This document shows, piece by piece, positions 42,091 to 51,679 of a stretch of DNA of 64,000 nt (position 1 is its first letter; each line of letters begins with the position of its first letter). The position numbers and the translations under genes were made by a program. The stretch covers positions 1 through 64,000 of the forward strand of contig JBNKBE010000010.1 in the NCBI GenBank assembly GCA_050287085.1, written 5' to 3'. The notes beneath the pieces are model-generated. The model searched no databases. It worked only from the letters and a program-made list of their open reading frames with translations, and was not told the DNA's origin. The stretch comes from Polyangiaceae bacterium. GTDB lineage: Bacteria; Myxococcota_A; Polyangia; Polyangiales; Polyangiaceae.

Positions 42091-42986
42091 TCAAGCACCC
42101 TATTCGCTTTGCACTCGCTCTGGCGTGTCTCTTGGTCAGCACGCCCGCGTTGGCGCAAGAGGCGTTGGACGTAACCCAAATCGTCAAGTTCATCCGTTGG
42201 GGCGGCATATTCCTTTCGCTCTTTGTGGTGCTTGGAACCATGCTGCTTCTCCGCGTCGTGCGTTCGCTCGCGACCGGATTGGGTAAACGCTTCTCAAGCT
42301 CGCGGCTGCTCATTCAGAAGCTGGAGTCGATAGCTCAATTCATTATCTACGTAGTGGCGTCGGTGATGGTTCTTGGCCTTAGCGTGCGGCTAGACAATAC
42401 GGCCCTGACGGTGATCGGCGGCGGCTTGGCGTTTTCCGTCGGCTTTGCGATGCGAGATCTGGTTGCGGCGTTCATCGCCGGAATTACGATCATGTTCGAT
42501 CGGCCGTTTCAGGTTGGAGATCGCGTTCAATACGCGGGTGAGTATGGGGACATCGTCAAGATTGGCCTTCGCTCAGTGCGGATGAACACGCTGGATCACA
42601 ACGTGGTGACGATCCCCAACAACAAGGTGCTGACCGATGTGACCTCATGCGGCAACTGGGGCGCGCTGGAAATGCAGGTCGCCATGAGCTTCTACATCGG
42701 AGTGGACCAAGATGTTGAACTTGCCTGTCGTCTGGTGGAAGAGGCCTGTCTAACCAGTCGCTTTTGCTATCTCGAGAACCCGGTGCCGGTGTTGGCAAAG
42801 CAGATCATTATCGAGCACTACTTGGCGTTCGAGTTGAAGGCTCGCCCCTATGTGTTGGACGTGAAGTTCGAGAAGGCCTTCGAGTCCGACGTGCACGTTA
42901 GGGTGCAGCGAGCGTTCGCAAAACATAGGATCTTGCCGCCGGCTATTCTGCACCGGAACCTAGGTCAGGATGGCGATGGGCATTGA
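42087..42986 (+). CDS. MscS-family mechanosensitive channel
   Basis: GFAMRDLVAAFIAG..DRPFQVGDRV..GDIVKIGLRS..IPN; ATGA overlap with the upstream gene. Confidence 0.92.
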   Translation: MIKHPIRFALALACLLVSTPALAQEALDVTQIVKFIRWGGIFLSLFVVLGTMLLLRVVRSLATGLGKRFSSSRLLIQKLESIAQFIIYVVASVMVLGLSVRLDNTALTVIGGGLAFSVGFAMRDLVAAFIAGITIMFDRPFQVGDRVQYAGEYGDIVKIGLRSVRMNTLDHNVVTIPNNKVLTDVTSCGNWGALEMQVAMSFYIGVDQDVELACRLVEEACLTSRFCYLENPVPVLAKQIIIEHYLAFELKARPYVLDVKFEKAFESDVHVRVQRAFAKHRILPPAILHRNLGQDGDGH

Positions 42987-43299
42987 GCCGCAGCTCGGGA
43001 CAGCCTAACAAGAACGCGCAGGATTGGCCTAAACCGAGCCACGGGAGGCGGTAGGAAAGGCCACTGACGGCGACAATTCACCCCGTAGCTTGCTGCGCTC
43101 GGCAAGCATCTGCTGTGCGTAGAGAGCGAAACGCGAGACCCCCAGGGGGTGAGGCTGCCCGATGCTGCCACTTTGGCGTTCTCTTGATCGGTTCTTTCTG
43201 CAATTGTTGGTCCCCGAGCCTTCTTGGGCTCGGTTCTGAGGACGAAGTATGACTGAATTGAGTAGGCTGGGTGCGGCGTCGACGCTTCAGACGCGAGGG

Positions 43300-44937
43300 A
43301 TGCAGCGGTGGTCCGAGCAGGGGCGGTGGTTGAGTCGCATGATAGCGCTTGGCTGTCTTGCAGGGCCCCTACTCGCAGCCCAGCACGTCTCCGCTTCGAG
43401 CGCGGTTGTGGCAGAAGACGACAAGCCTCCCGCCCCTGCGGCAACGCCTCGATACGAACTCCGAGGGAACGTGCTCTACGCCAGAACCCTGGCGGGGGAG
43501 GTCGAAGTCGCGCTACCGGGGCCCGCCCTGGCGCTTGCCGTCGCCGGGGCGCGTGCCTACGTGGCGCTTGGCAGCTTGGGCGCAGCGATTGTCAGCCAGA
43601 ACGCGTCCGGTCAGGTTGCGGTTGAAAAGCGCATTCCCGTGTCGCACGGCACTGTCACCGGCTTCATGGTGAGCGGTGGCGACGTTTGGATGCAGGTGAG
43701 CAGCGAAAACGCAATCCTTCTGGGGTCAGATGGGGCGGAGACGGTTGCCGTGCCGCAGCCAGTGCCCGTCGTCACAGCTCCGGGTGCGCCCGTGCCGGCG
43801 GGGGGTGGCGCTCTGGACCCCAAGGCTGAAGGTCGGGCATCGAGCGTCTCGTCGATTGAGATCCAACGGATCTTCGGCGGGAAGGTTCTGCTCAATCGAG
43901 GGAGCGACGACGGTTTGGCAGTGGGTGAACGTCTGCGCGTGGTGCGCCATGAGGCCGGTGAGGATGCGGCTGGCCGCTTCGAAGCGGAGCGTGAGGTCGC
44001 GGTCTTGGTGGTTGAGTCTCTGGGACGACACGACGCGCGAGCGCGAATATGGAGGGGGGACGAGGTGACCGCCGGCGACCAAGTGCAGGTAGCGGATGAC
44101 AGAGCCGAGCCGAGCTTGCTCTACCCGCGACAACTTGCCGAATACGTCGAGATGGAGGCGAGCTTACGTCCGATCCTAAACGTTGGGGATTCCGGTTTTG
44201 GGTTGCTCTTCGACGGGAACGTTACGTACCAAGGCGAGCATCTGTTCCTGGGGGTTCGGAGTCAACCTCTTGGCTTTGGACGCACTCAGGAGAGTACTGT
44301 GTTCACCCAGACATTGTTGGCTGAAGGCGGCTACAACAGCCGTCCCTTTGCCATTGGCGTGGGTCTCGGATTTGCCTCGGTGTATGGCGATCTTCAGGAA
44401 CTCTTCGAGCTGACATCGCTTGATGCTCCTTCCACTCGGTCCGACGAATCCCCCTGGCAGGATGGGGATCCAGAACACTCTGAGTGGCGCCAAGACATGC
44501 AAAACGCCTTTGCTGTGGGGCAGAGGGTTCGTCTCGGGGCGAGCGATGGCCTGCACCTGAGTGTGGCCAACACGCTGCTTTACTTTGGAGGAGCTGACGG
44601 CCGCGGAAGCAGCGACGACCCTACTAGCGCAGGTTTCATCTGGGGGGGAACGGACGCTAGACTGACCATTCCACTGGCCCTTAACGCTGACCTCTTTCTT
44701 GAGGGAGGGGGCGGCGCTACAGGCTACGCGTATGGAGCGGTGGGTGTCTTCGGCTGGTTGAGCGGCAATGGCGGCGCGGGCTCCTTGGGGCTCTTCGCGT
44801 CGGCGGGTGGGGCGGGCGTGTGGAGCGCCCGCGAGCGCGATAACTACCGCTACAGCTATACCGAGTCTGAGGACATCGCGGTTGGGGGACCTATGATCTC
44901 GCTTGGCGTGCGGTACCGTATGGGCGTCTCTGACTGA
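43300..44937 (+). CDS. Exported protein with probable C-terminal outer-membrane beta-barrel
   Basis: Signal peptide; small central domain VLLNRGSDDGLAVGERL (FlgT C-terminal-like); Gly/aromatic strands ending GPMISLGVRYR. Confidence 0.7.
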   Translation: MQRWSEQGRWLSRMIALGCLAGPLLAAQHVSASSAVVAEDDKPPAPAATPRYELRGNVLYARTLAGEVEVALPGPALALAVAGARAYVALGSLGAAIVSQNASGQVAVEKRIPVSHGTVTGFMVSGGDVWMQVSSENAILLGSDGAETVAVPQPVPVVTAPGAPVPAGGGALDPKAEGRASSVSSIEIQRIFGGKVLLNRGSDDGLAVGERLRVVRHEAGEDAAGRFEAEREVAVLVVESLGRHDARARIWRGDEVTAGDQVQVADDRAEPSLLYPRQLAEYVEMEASLRPILNVGDSGFGLLFDGNVTYQGEHLFLGVRSQPLGFGRTQESTVFTQTLLAEGGYNSRPFAIGVGLGFASVYGDLQELFELTSLDAPSTRSDESPWQDGDPEHSEWRQDMQNAFAVGQRVRLGASDGLHLSVANTLLYFGGADGRGSSDDPTSAGFIWGGTDARLTIPLALNADLFLEGGGGATGYAYGAVGVFGWLSGNGGAGSLGLFASAGGAGVWSARERDNYRYSYTESEDIAVGGPMISLGVRYRMGVSD

Positions 44938-44966
44938 GAGCCCGCGCAGGGGAAAGTCGTCGCAGG

Positions 44967-45665
44967 TTAACTTACGGTATACTTTCGACCCCGGTATACG
45001 ATGGTCCTGCCCCTGGGCGCGGGTCCCGGCGCGCTTGCGTCGGGTGCCGGGATCGCCGAGGCGGAAAGGCTCGGCTCGGTCGGTTCGGAATGCCGGAGCG
45101 CTGCCATGTCGGGTGCACTCGTTCTGTCTCCTAGCCCGGAGTACGGGCTCCTGGCTGACAGGTCAGGCTGCGAAGCTCGTCCGGGGGCCTCCGGAAACGC
45201 GTAGTCTCGGACTGAGTCCGTGGGCAGGGTGCTTTGGGGCGGCCTCATGGTGGCTGATGCCCAACCCGAATCGCTATGGGGGGGGTACGAGGCGTGCCGT
45301 GGGCTTGCGGGGTGGGCCGACTCGACACCGTCCAGGGAGCGATGGATGCGCCGTGCGGCCAGGCGCAACCCGAGCCGCAGCGCGCGCACGTTGACGGTGT
45401 CGTCACCCAGGGCGACCAACCACCCCGCGCCACAGGGCGCGACGAATAGTCGATACGACTCAAAGCGGATGTTGCACAGTTGGATGTCTTCGCTTTCGTC
45501 GGCTAGGGCTTCCATGAGCGTCGCAATGCGGGGCGCCGCGTTGCGGAGCTCTTCGTGTCCGATGAAGCGAGGCACATCGGTGCCCAGCAGGTGTCCACCG
45601 GAATCCAGCACGAAGGCGCCCTGGATCCCCTCGACGTCTCGCAGTCCGGCCAAGCTATGGTTCAT
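44967..45665 (-). CDS. Roadblock/LC7 (MglB-like) domain protein with disordered tail
   Basis: LAGLRDVEGIQGAFVLDSGGHLL..LVAL..VNVRALRL pattern; low-complexity tail ending IVYRGRKY. Confidence 0.75.
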   Translation of the reverse strand: MNHSLAGLRDVEGIQGAFVLDSGGHLLGTDVPRFIGHEELRNAAPRIATLMEALADESEDIQLCNIRFESYRLFVAPCGAGWLVALGDDTVNVRALRLGLRLAARRIHRSLDGVESAHPASPRHASYPPHSDSGWASATMRPPQSTLPTDSVRDYAFPEAPGRASQPDLSARSPYSGLGDRTSAPDMAALRHSEPTEPSLSASAIPAPDASAPGPAPRGRTIVYRGRKYTVS

Positions 45666-45667
45666 CC

Positions 45668-46423
45668 CTAGCGTCTCCTGAAGCGTTCAAGGGTATCGCG
45701 GACCTGTTGAGCTGAGCCGACCATGCCGAGCCAGGACCCGGTTGTTTCGCGGCGGATGACCAGTGTCTTGCCGCTTTCGTAGGACATGTCGAGCGCTCTC
45801 TCACTGCCCAAGCCCAGTTCTTCACCCAGAATGCGAGCCAGAGTGGTGACGTAGGACACGGTTTCTGCGAGTGCTTCTCGGCCGGGACCGTGCGCGGCCT
45901 TCAGTTGGCCTTCGCGCGAGACGCGTACGGCGCAGGGAACCCCCAGTGGGGGTGGTGGCCCGGGGACGTCCTCGTTGTCCAGGTCCTTCTCTCGGGCGCT
46001 GTGCGAGGTCTTCTCGTTGGTGGCCGGTCTAGACGTCGGGCGCGCGCTGACGCGATCGCTCTTCGCCTCGCGGCTTTCGTCCTCGGCGTGGGCTAGGCGG
46101 AGCAACACCGATTGCCATGGGGCGTTAATAGTACGCCGGCGCTCCTGCGCTGTTGAACAGGGACTGAAGCGCCCGTGACCCCAGCGCAGCATGCGCTCAA
46201 GCGCCACTTCACCTTCGAGTCCTGCCGTTTCCGCATGCACTAGGTTCCCGGCGGAGAACACGAGCAAACCGATGTCTCCCCCGGAACTCAGTTCGTAGGT
46301 GGCGTCCGCACGCGACATGCAGTGAAGCTGAATAAGGTCTGAAATGCTGGTGCCGCTGAGCTGGCCTGCGAAGCCAGATCTTGTCGGAAAGGGCGTAACG
46401 TTGTCGGCCATGACGGTTTTCAT
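45668..46423 (-). CDS. DUF4388 (PATAN) domain protein with C-terminal roadblock-like domain
   Basis: FAGQLSGTSISDLIQL..GLLVFSAGNLVHAE..GEVALERMLRWGHGRF..TI..WQSVLL; tail AVRVSREGQL..LGEELGLG. Confidence 0.82.
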   Translation of the reverse strand: MKTVMADNVTPFPTRSGFAGQLSGTSISDLIQLHCMSRADATYELSSGGDIGLLVFSAGNLVHAETAGLEGEVALERMLRWGHGRFSPCSTAQERRRTINAPWQSVLLRLAHAEDESREAKSDRVSARPTSRPATNEKTSHSAREKDLDNEDVPGPPPPLGVPCAVRVSREGQLKAAHGPGREALAETVSYVTTLARILGEELGLGSERALDMSYESGKTLVIRRETTGSWLGMVGSAQQVRDTLERFRRR

Positions 46424-46425
46424 CT

Positions 46426-47818
46426 CTAAGCCTCGCAATCTTCAACCGGTGATGCGAAGGCGAGCTCGGTGGGATACGCTTCGAGCGCGTGTTCGCTGAG
46501 ATCTAGTCCTTCGAGCTCTTCCTCAGGTCCAACACGGAGCTTTCCGAGTGCGCTCATGCTTTGAAAAACCGCGCTGGACATTCCGAAGGACCAGGCAAAG
46601 CAGGCGACGACTCCGATCAGTTGGCTCGCGAGTTGGGCAGCGCTGAAGCCTGCGTGGTGAAAGAGGGCTACTGCCAACGTGCCCCAAGCGCCACTTACGC
46701 CGTGTACGCTGATAGCACCCACAGGGTCATCGACGCCCTTGCGCTCAAACGCAAGCACCGACGCGAGCACCAACACCCCCGCGATACCACCGATGGCGAC
46801 GGCACTCGGGGGGCGAACGTAGGCACACCCTGCAGTGATCGCGACCAGGCCGCCCAAGGCTCCGTTGATCGCGATGCCTAGATCAGGCTTGCCGTTGACG
46901 CGCCAGCTGGCGAGCGTGGCGCTGAGGGCGCCGGCGCAGGCCGCGAGATTGGTGTTGACCGCGATGAATGCCATCGCCTTTCCGGAGCCGCCAAAGAGGT
47001 TGTCGGCGCCGCCCGCGACGCTTGTTGTGCTTCCAGCGTTGAATCCAAACCAGCCCATCCACAGGATGAAACAGCCTGTCGTGGCCAATACGAGGGAGTG
47101 CCCTAGCATGGGGCGCGGTTCGCCTCGGGCGTCGAAGCGCCCGAGGCGGGGGACCCAGGAAAAGAGCCCCCGCGAGGGCGGCCCAGCCTCCGAGGCTGTG
47201 GACCACGGTGGAACCGGCGAAATCTAGAAAAGGAGGCAACTCCAGTCGGGCCAACAAGCCCCCGGCGGGCGCTTCGAGCCATCCGCCGCCTTCGAATAGG
47301 CCGCCCCAGGCCCACGCCCCGAAAACGGGGTAGATGGCCGCGGTCAGGACCAAGCTCGCTACCAGGTAGGCGACGAAGCGAGTTCGCTCTGCCATGGCGC
47401 CCGAGACAATAGTTGCTGCGGTGGCGCAGAACACGGTCTGAAAGAGGAAGAACGAGTAGGTTTCGACCTGGCTTTCGTAGCCGGAGAGAAGAAAGCCCGT
47501 GCTGCCAAAGAGACCATTGCTCTTGCCGAACATGAGCCCGAAGCCGACGATCCAAAACGCAAGAGAGCCGACGGAGAAGTCCATCAGGTTCTTCATCATG
47601 ATGTTGACCACGTTCTTGGCCCGAGTGAATCCGGCTTCGAGCAAGGCAAAGCCGGCCTGCATCCAGAACACCAAGATGGCTGCCATCACGGTCCAGAGCA
47701 TGTCGACGGCGTAGCCGCCCTGCTGACCCATGGGGGTGGACTCGGCGTCCGTGGCCGCATGGGCGCTTGCGGCGCTCAGGAGGCAGCCGAGTGCAAGCCC
47801 TGCCCAGGAGCTGGCCAT
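46426..47818 (-). CDS. amt: Ammonium transporter (Amt), split by a +1 frameshift at G5 47148-47152
   Basis: WMQAGFALLEAG, TIVSGAMAER, DFAGSTVVH, then WMGWFGFNAGS, GLVAITAG, DDPVGAISVHG, EEELEGLD. Removing one base gives LGPRLGRF. Start estimated. Confidence 0.9.
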
Positions 47819-48175
47819 CGGTAGGCGTCGTTTGCGAAATACCCACGCAATAGCGCTCTTGAAGCGGTGGCCAGGGACGAAACCAGGAAGGGAAACGGGG
47901 GCGTGATGCACAGGAGTCTAGCTACTCATGTTCAGATTTCTCCTACGTTTCGCGAGTGTGGAGATCCTTCAACAGTCGTTTGTATTCGGTGATTTGTGCG
48001 CAAGCGAACGCACGGGCGCGCGCTCGCTTACAGGTTGCGAGCGAAAAAGCGAAAGGTCCGTATTGCGCAGGGCCGGATACTCGAATCCGCCGTATTGAGC
48101 GTAAGGGATCGCGGGCGGAGGCGTTTCCAGGGAAAGCGTGGGCCGCTCAGGCACGTCGATAACCGGGAGAATTTT

Positions 48176-50350
48176 ATGCGATTAGCACCCATTTTCATGG
48201 CCGCCCTCTTGATGCAGGGGGCCTGCAACGGCTGTGGAGGCGGTTTGGACCAGCGAGGGCAGGGTCCCCGCGCCGCGGGGCGTGAGGTGCCCCAGCGGAC
48301 CGACATGGATTCCACCCGTCCCGAGGGCTCGGTTATGACCCGGGCGCAGGTCGCAGCGCCAGATGCGAAAGCCTACGTTTTTCAGCCGCGGTCTCATGAG
48401 CCCCGCTACTTCGTGTCCGATCGGGGTCCGGCTCTGGCGGAACTGCCGGCCCTCCGAGAGCGCCGATGTGGCGACTATGCGCCGCATCGTTCCCTTCCGG
48501 GGCGTTATCCGGCAGCCCGCGGCTCCGGTTTCGGCTCGACCGGGGGCCCTGCGTCGAAGCCGGCCCCACGCCGCAAGAGTCCAGCCCCCGCAGTTGCCAT
48601 CGAGGGGGAGCGTTCGTCGCCCGCCGCTCCCCCCGAACACATGCCGGCCAAGTCCGCATCGAATGCGACCGCCAGCGATCGGGCCAGTGGGCAAGGAGCG
48701 CCTATGCCGAAACGGCGCCCGGCCGCCCCTCCCCCAGCGGAGCCTGGGCCGCAAGCGGAGCCCCCGCTGCAAGCTCATGAGGCACTTTCGCAAGCGAATC
48801 CCGGTCAGAGGCAAGGCGGTCCTTGGGACGATTCGGCGGCCGACTCACAAGTGGCCCCGCGCGATTCCGAGCGGGACGGCGATGCCTATCACGATTGGGG
48901 AGCCTCGATCTACTTGTCCAACGACGACACCATGAGTCTGAGTTCGGCGCAGCGAGTGATCGCCGCAATCGAGGGTTTCCTACCTTTGCCGGAGTCGCAC
49001 ATTCGTCCGCACGAGATGCTCAACTACTTCTCTTTTCGCGGCGCACCCATCGGGCCGGGCCGGGACTTCAGCGTCCTGCCCGAGTTGGTGGCTAAGCCGG
49101 GCGCGCCGGGGGAGTACACCCTGGGCCTATCGATCAGCGGGCGGTCGCTAGGGCGCGATAGCCGGAGAAATGCGGCACTGACACTAGTCGTGGATCGCTC
49201 AGGATCGATGGCAGACGAAGGACGTATGACCTACCTCAAGCGCGGTCTCTTGCGCATGACCCATGAACTCAAATACGGTGACATTGTTAACCTGACGCTA
49301 TTTGATAGTACCGTGTGCAATCCGATCGAGAATTTCGTGGTCGGTCGGGACGCACCTCGCGTGCTTCAGAGTGCCATCGAGCGTCTTGCGCCCCGCGGTT
49401 CGACTAACCTCGAAGCTGGTTTGCAGACTGGCTATCAGCTGGCGGACGCGAGTTATCAACCCAGCTACACCAATCGTGTGCTGCTGGTCACGGATGCATT
49501 GGCCAATACCGGGGTTACCAATGAGCACCTGATAAGCTTGATCTCGAAACGCTACGATGCTCGCCGCATTCGGCTAAGCGGGGTTGGAGTCGGCAAGGAC
49601 TTCAACGACTCGCTCTTGGACCGCCTGACTGAGCAAGGCAAGGGCGCCTACGTGTTTCTGGGGTCTGAGGCGGAGACAGATGCGATCTTTGGCGAGCGCT
49701 TCGTATCGCTGATCGAGACAGTTGCCAACGACGTACACTTTCGGCTGAACCTTCCTCCTTCGCTTCGAATGAACGTGTTCTATGGAGAGGAGAGCAGTGA
49801 TCGAAAGGAGGATGTGCAGGCAGTTCACTACTTTGCCGGCACGAACCAGATGTTCCTGAGCGATCTGGTAGCCCGGCGAGGCACGCTGCGAGAGCAGGAC
49901 GAGGTCATGTTGACCATTGACTACCACGATCCGGAAACGGATGAGCCCCTGGTAGAAGAGTACGCTTTTCGCATCGGCGAGGTCTTGGCCACCCATGAGA
50001 GTGAGGCAACGAATGTGCTCAAGGCTCGCCTGGTAACCAGCTTTGTGGACGGCCTGAGCGACCTGGCTCGGCGAACGCCATCCACCACAGCCTACCACGT
50101 TGGTGGTTGGCTGGACGACGGTGCCGTCGAACAGTGTGCGCGTGGCCGGCGCTCGCTTGCTGACCAGTCACGTCCGTTGGCAAGCGATATGGAAGTCGCC
50201 CACGTATTGGATCTCTGGGACACGTTCTGCAGCCGCTATGCGCAGGCGCGACCCCCGCGTCCGGTGCGCCCTTTGGCGGAGCCGGAGCGCAGGCCCTATC
50301 TCCGTCAGCAACCTTCCGGCGCGGATGTGTGGCCCGGCGCTCAGCGATGA
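48176..50350 (+). CDS. VWA domain lipoprotein (YfbK-like)
   Basis: Lipoprotein-like signal (QGAC); Pro-rich linker; IRPHEMLNYF; MIDAS DRSGSM; GSTNLEAGL; TD. Confidence 0.85.
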   Translation: MRLAPIFMAALLMQGACNGCGGGLDQRGQGPRAAGREVPQRTDMDSTRPEGSVMTRAQVAAPDAKAYVFQPRSHEPRYFVSDRGPALAELPALRERRCGDYAPHRSLPGRYPAARGSGFGSTGGPASKPAPRRKSPAPAVAIEGERSSPAAPPEHMPAKSASNATASDRASGQGAPMPKRRPAAPPPAEPGPQAEPPLQAHEALSQANPGQRQGGPWDDSAADSQVAPRDSERDGDAYHDWGASIYLSNDDTMSLSSAQRVIAAIEGFLPLPESHIRPHEMLNYFSFRGAPIGPGRDFSVLPELVAKPGAPGEYTLGLSISGRSLGRDSRRNAALTLVVDRSGSMADEGRMTYLKRGLLRMTHELKYGDIVNLTLFDSTVCNPIENFVVGRDAPRVLQSAIERLAPRGSTNLEAGLQTGYQLADASYQPSYTNRVLLVTDALANTGVTNEHLISLISKRYDARRIRLSGVGVGKDFNDSLLDRLTEQGKGAYVFLGSEAETDAIFGERFVSLIETVANDVHFRLNLPPSLRMNVFYGEESSDRKEDVQAVHYFAGTNQMFLSDLVARRGTLREQDEVMLTIDYHDPETDEPLVEEYAFRIGEVLATHESEATNVLKARLVTSFVDGLSDLARRTPSTTAYHVGGWLDDGAVEQCARGRRSLADQSRPLASDMEVAHVLDLWDTFCSRYAQARPPRPVRPLAEPERRPYLRQQPSGADVWPGAQR

Positions 50351-50400
50351 CGGGAGCGACGGATCTGTCACCTTGACGCCGGACTCGGCGACGGCGCGGG

Positions 50401-51465
50401 TCAGAGCGAGGAAATGAACGCGCCGATCGCCGCTCCGGTAAACGGGGGAATACCGTGTGCACCCTCGTGGGCGCACCACACGATAGGAGCGCTGCAACCG
50501 GCGTGTTGGACGCAAGGTTCGGGGGCGAATGCGCTTGTATCGTCGGAGCACTCGTTGACTTTGACGTAGCGTGAGCGCGTGCTTTGACTAGAAGAGATCG
50601 GCTCCGCGTTGTCAGCCATGCCGTGGATCAACATCAAGGGGATGCGGCTGAGTTCGCAGCCCCCGTTCGGACCACCACCGGCGATGGAAATGACACCGCG
50701 CAGCACGTCAGCCGCGTTGCAGGCGAATTGGGTCGTGGCCCAGCCACCCCAACTGAAGCCAAAGGCAAACACGCGGTCCGCGTCGACGCAGTAGTTCTGG
50801 GTGACGTGCTCGTAGGCTGCGTATTCAAGACTGAAGTCATTGTTGTAGACTTCGTCGCCCCAAATGCCATTGACCCCATCCGGATAGATGTAGATGCCTT
50901 CAACGGCGTCTGCAACGCCCGCCCAGCTCTTGAACTTCTCACCGGTGTCGCCAGCGCCGTGGAAGGCGAACAGCAGGGGGTAGGCGCGATTCGGATCGTA
51001 GTCTTTGGGCAAATCCACGACAAATTGACGCGATACGCCATTGAGCTCGACGGTTTGATACCCAGGGGTGAGCGTATCAGGGGCAACGCCGCAGCCCGTG
51101 GAGCCGGCGTTTGGGGTTCCGCCGGTTTCTTCGTTGCTCGCGCCACCTTTTTCCGACGGACTGCCGCTATCGGCGACGGGCTCATCCGGGGTATTGCTCA
51201 CGCCCCCCTGGGTGTTGCCCGCCATCGTGCCGACAGGGGGCGGATCGGTGCCGCCGGTACCGCCGCTGGCGGCGTCCTGCCCGCCGCTCTCGCCGCCGGC
51301 TGTCACATCATCATCACCGGGTGCATTCGTCGCTGGGTCCTTGTCGCTGAGCTCTCCGGCGTCGGTGGCTTTCACCCCCGTCTCGGGGGTGCCTCGGCAC
51401 GCGCCCAGAAGGCTGCTCAGTGACAAGATGACCCCGTACTTCTTGGCGCTTTGTTTGCTCATCAT
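50401..51465 (-). CDS. Alpha/beta-hydrolase lipoprotein (PHB-depolymerase/LpqC or feruloyl-esterase-like)
   Basis: Lipobox LLGAC; YPLLFAFHG; YPDG; GFSWGG; HGMAD; GAH. Confidence 0.82.
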   Translation of the reverse strand: MMSKQSAKKYGVILSLSSLLGACRGTPETGVKATDAGELSDKDPATNAPGDDDVTAGGESGGQDAASGGTGGTDPPPVGTMAGNTQGGVSNTPDEPVADSGSPSEKGGASNEETGGTPNAGSTGCGVAPDTLTPGYQTVELNGVSRQFVVDLPKDYDPNRAYPLLFAFHGAGDTGEKFKSWAGVADAVEGIYIYPDGVNGIWGDEVYNNDFSLEYAAYEHVTQNYCVDADRVFAFGFSWGGWATTQFACNAADVLRGVISIAGGGPNGGCELSRIPLMLIHGMADNAEPISSSQSTRSRYVKVNECSDDTSAFAPEPCVQHAGCSAPIVWCAHEGAHGIPPFTGAAIGAFISSL

Positions 51466-51679
51466 GCTGGGTTCCGGGGACGCGTATCGGGATGACTTCG
51501 TTCGGTGAATCTACGGTCGCTTCGGCATGAGTCTGAAGCATCGGGGCTAGCGCGCAAGTCCGAGACAACTCACACGCTAGACCTCGCGGGTTCCAAGGGC
51601 TTTTTCGGTGAGCGGTGGCTCTGGTGGGAGGCGACCCCGCCACGGGTGAGCGGCCGTGCCGCCTCGCGACCAAGAACCG

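Noticed and set aside
47819..48175. Sigma54 promoter or NtrC site for amt
   Set aside because: No GG-N10-GC element with correct spacing was found.
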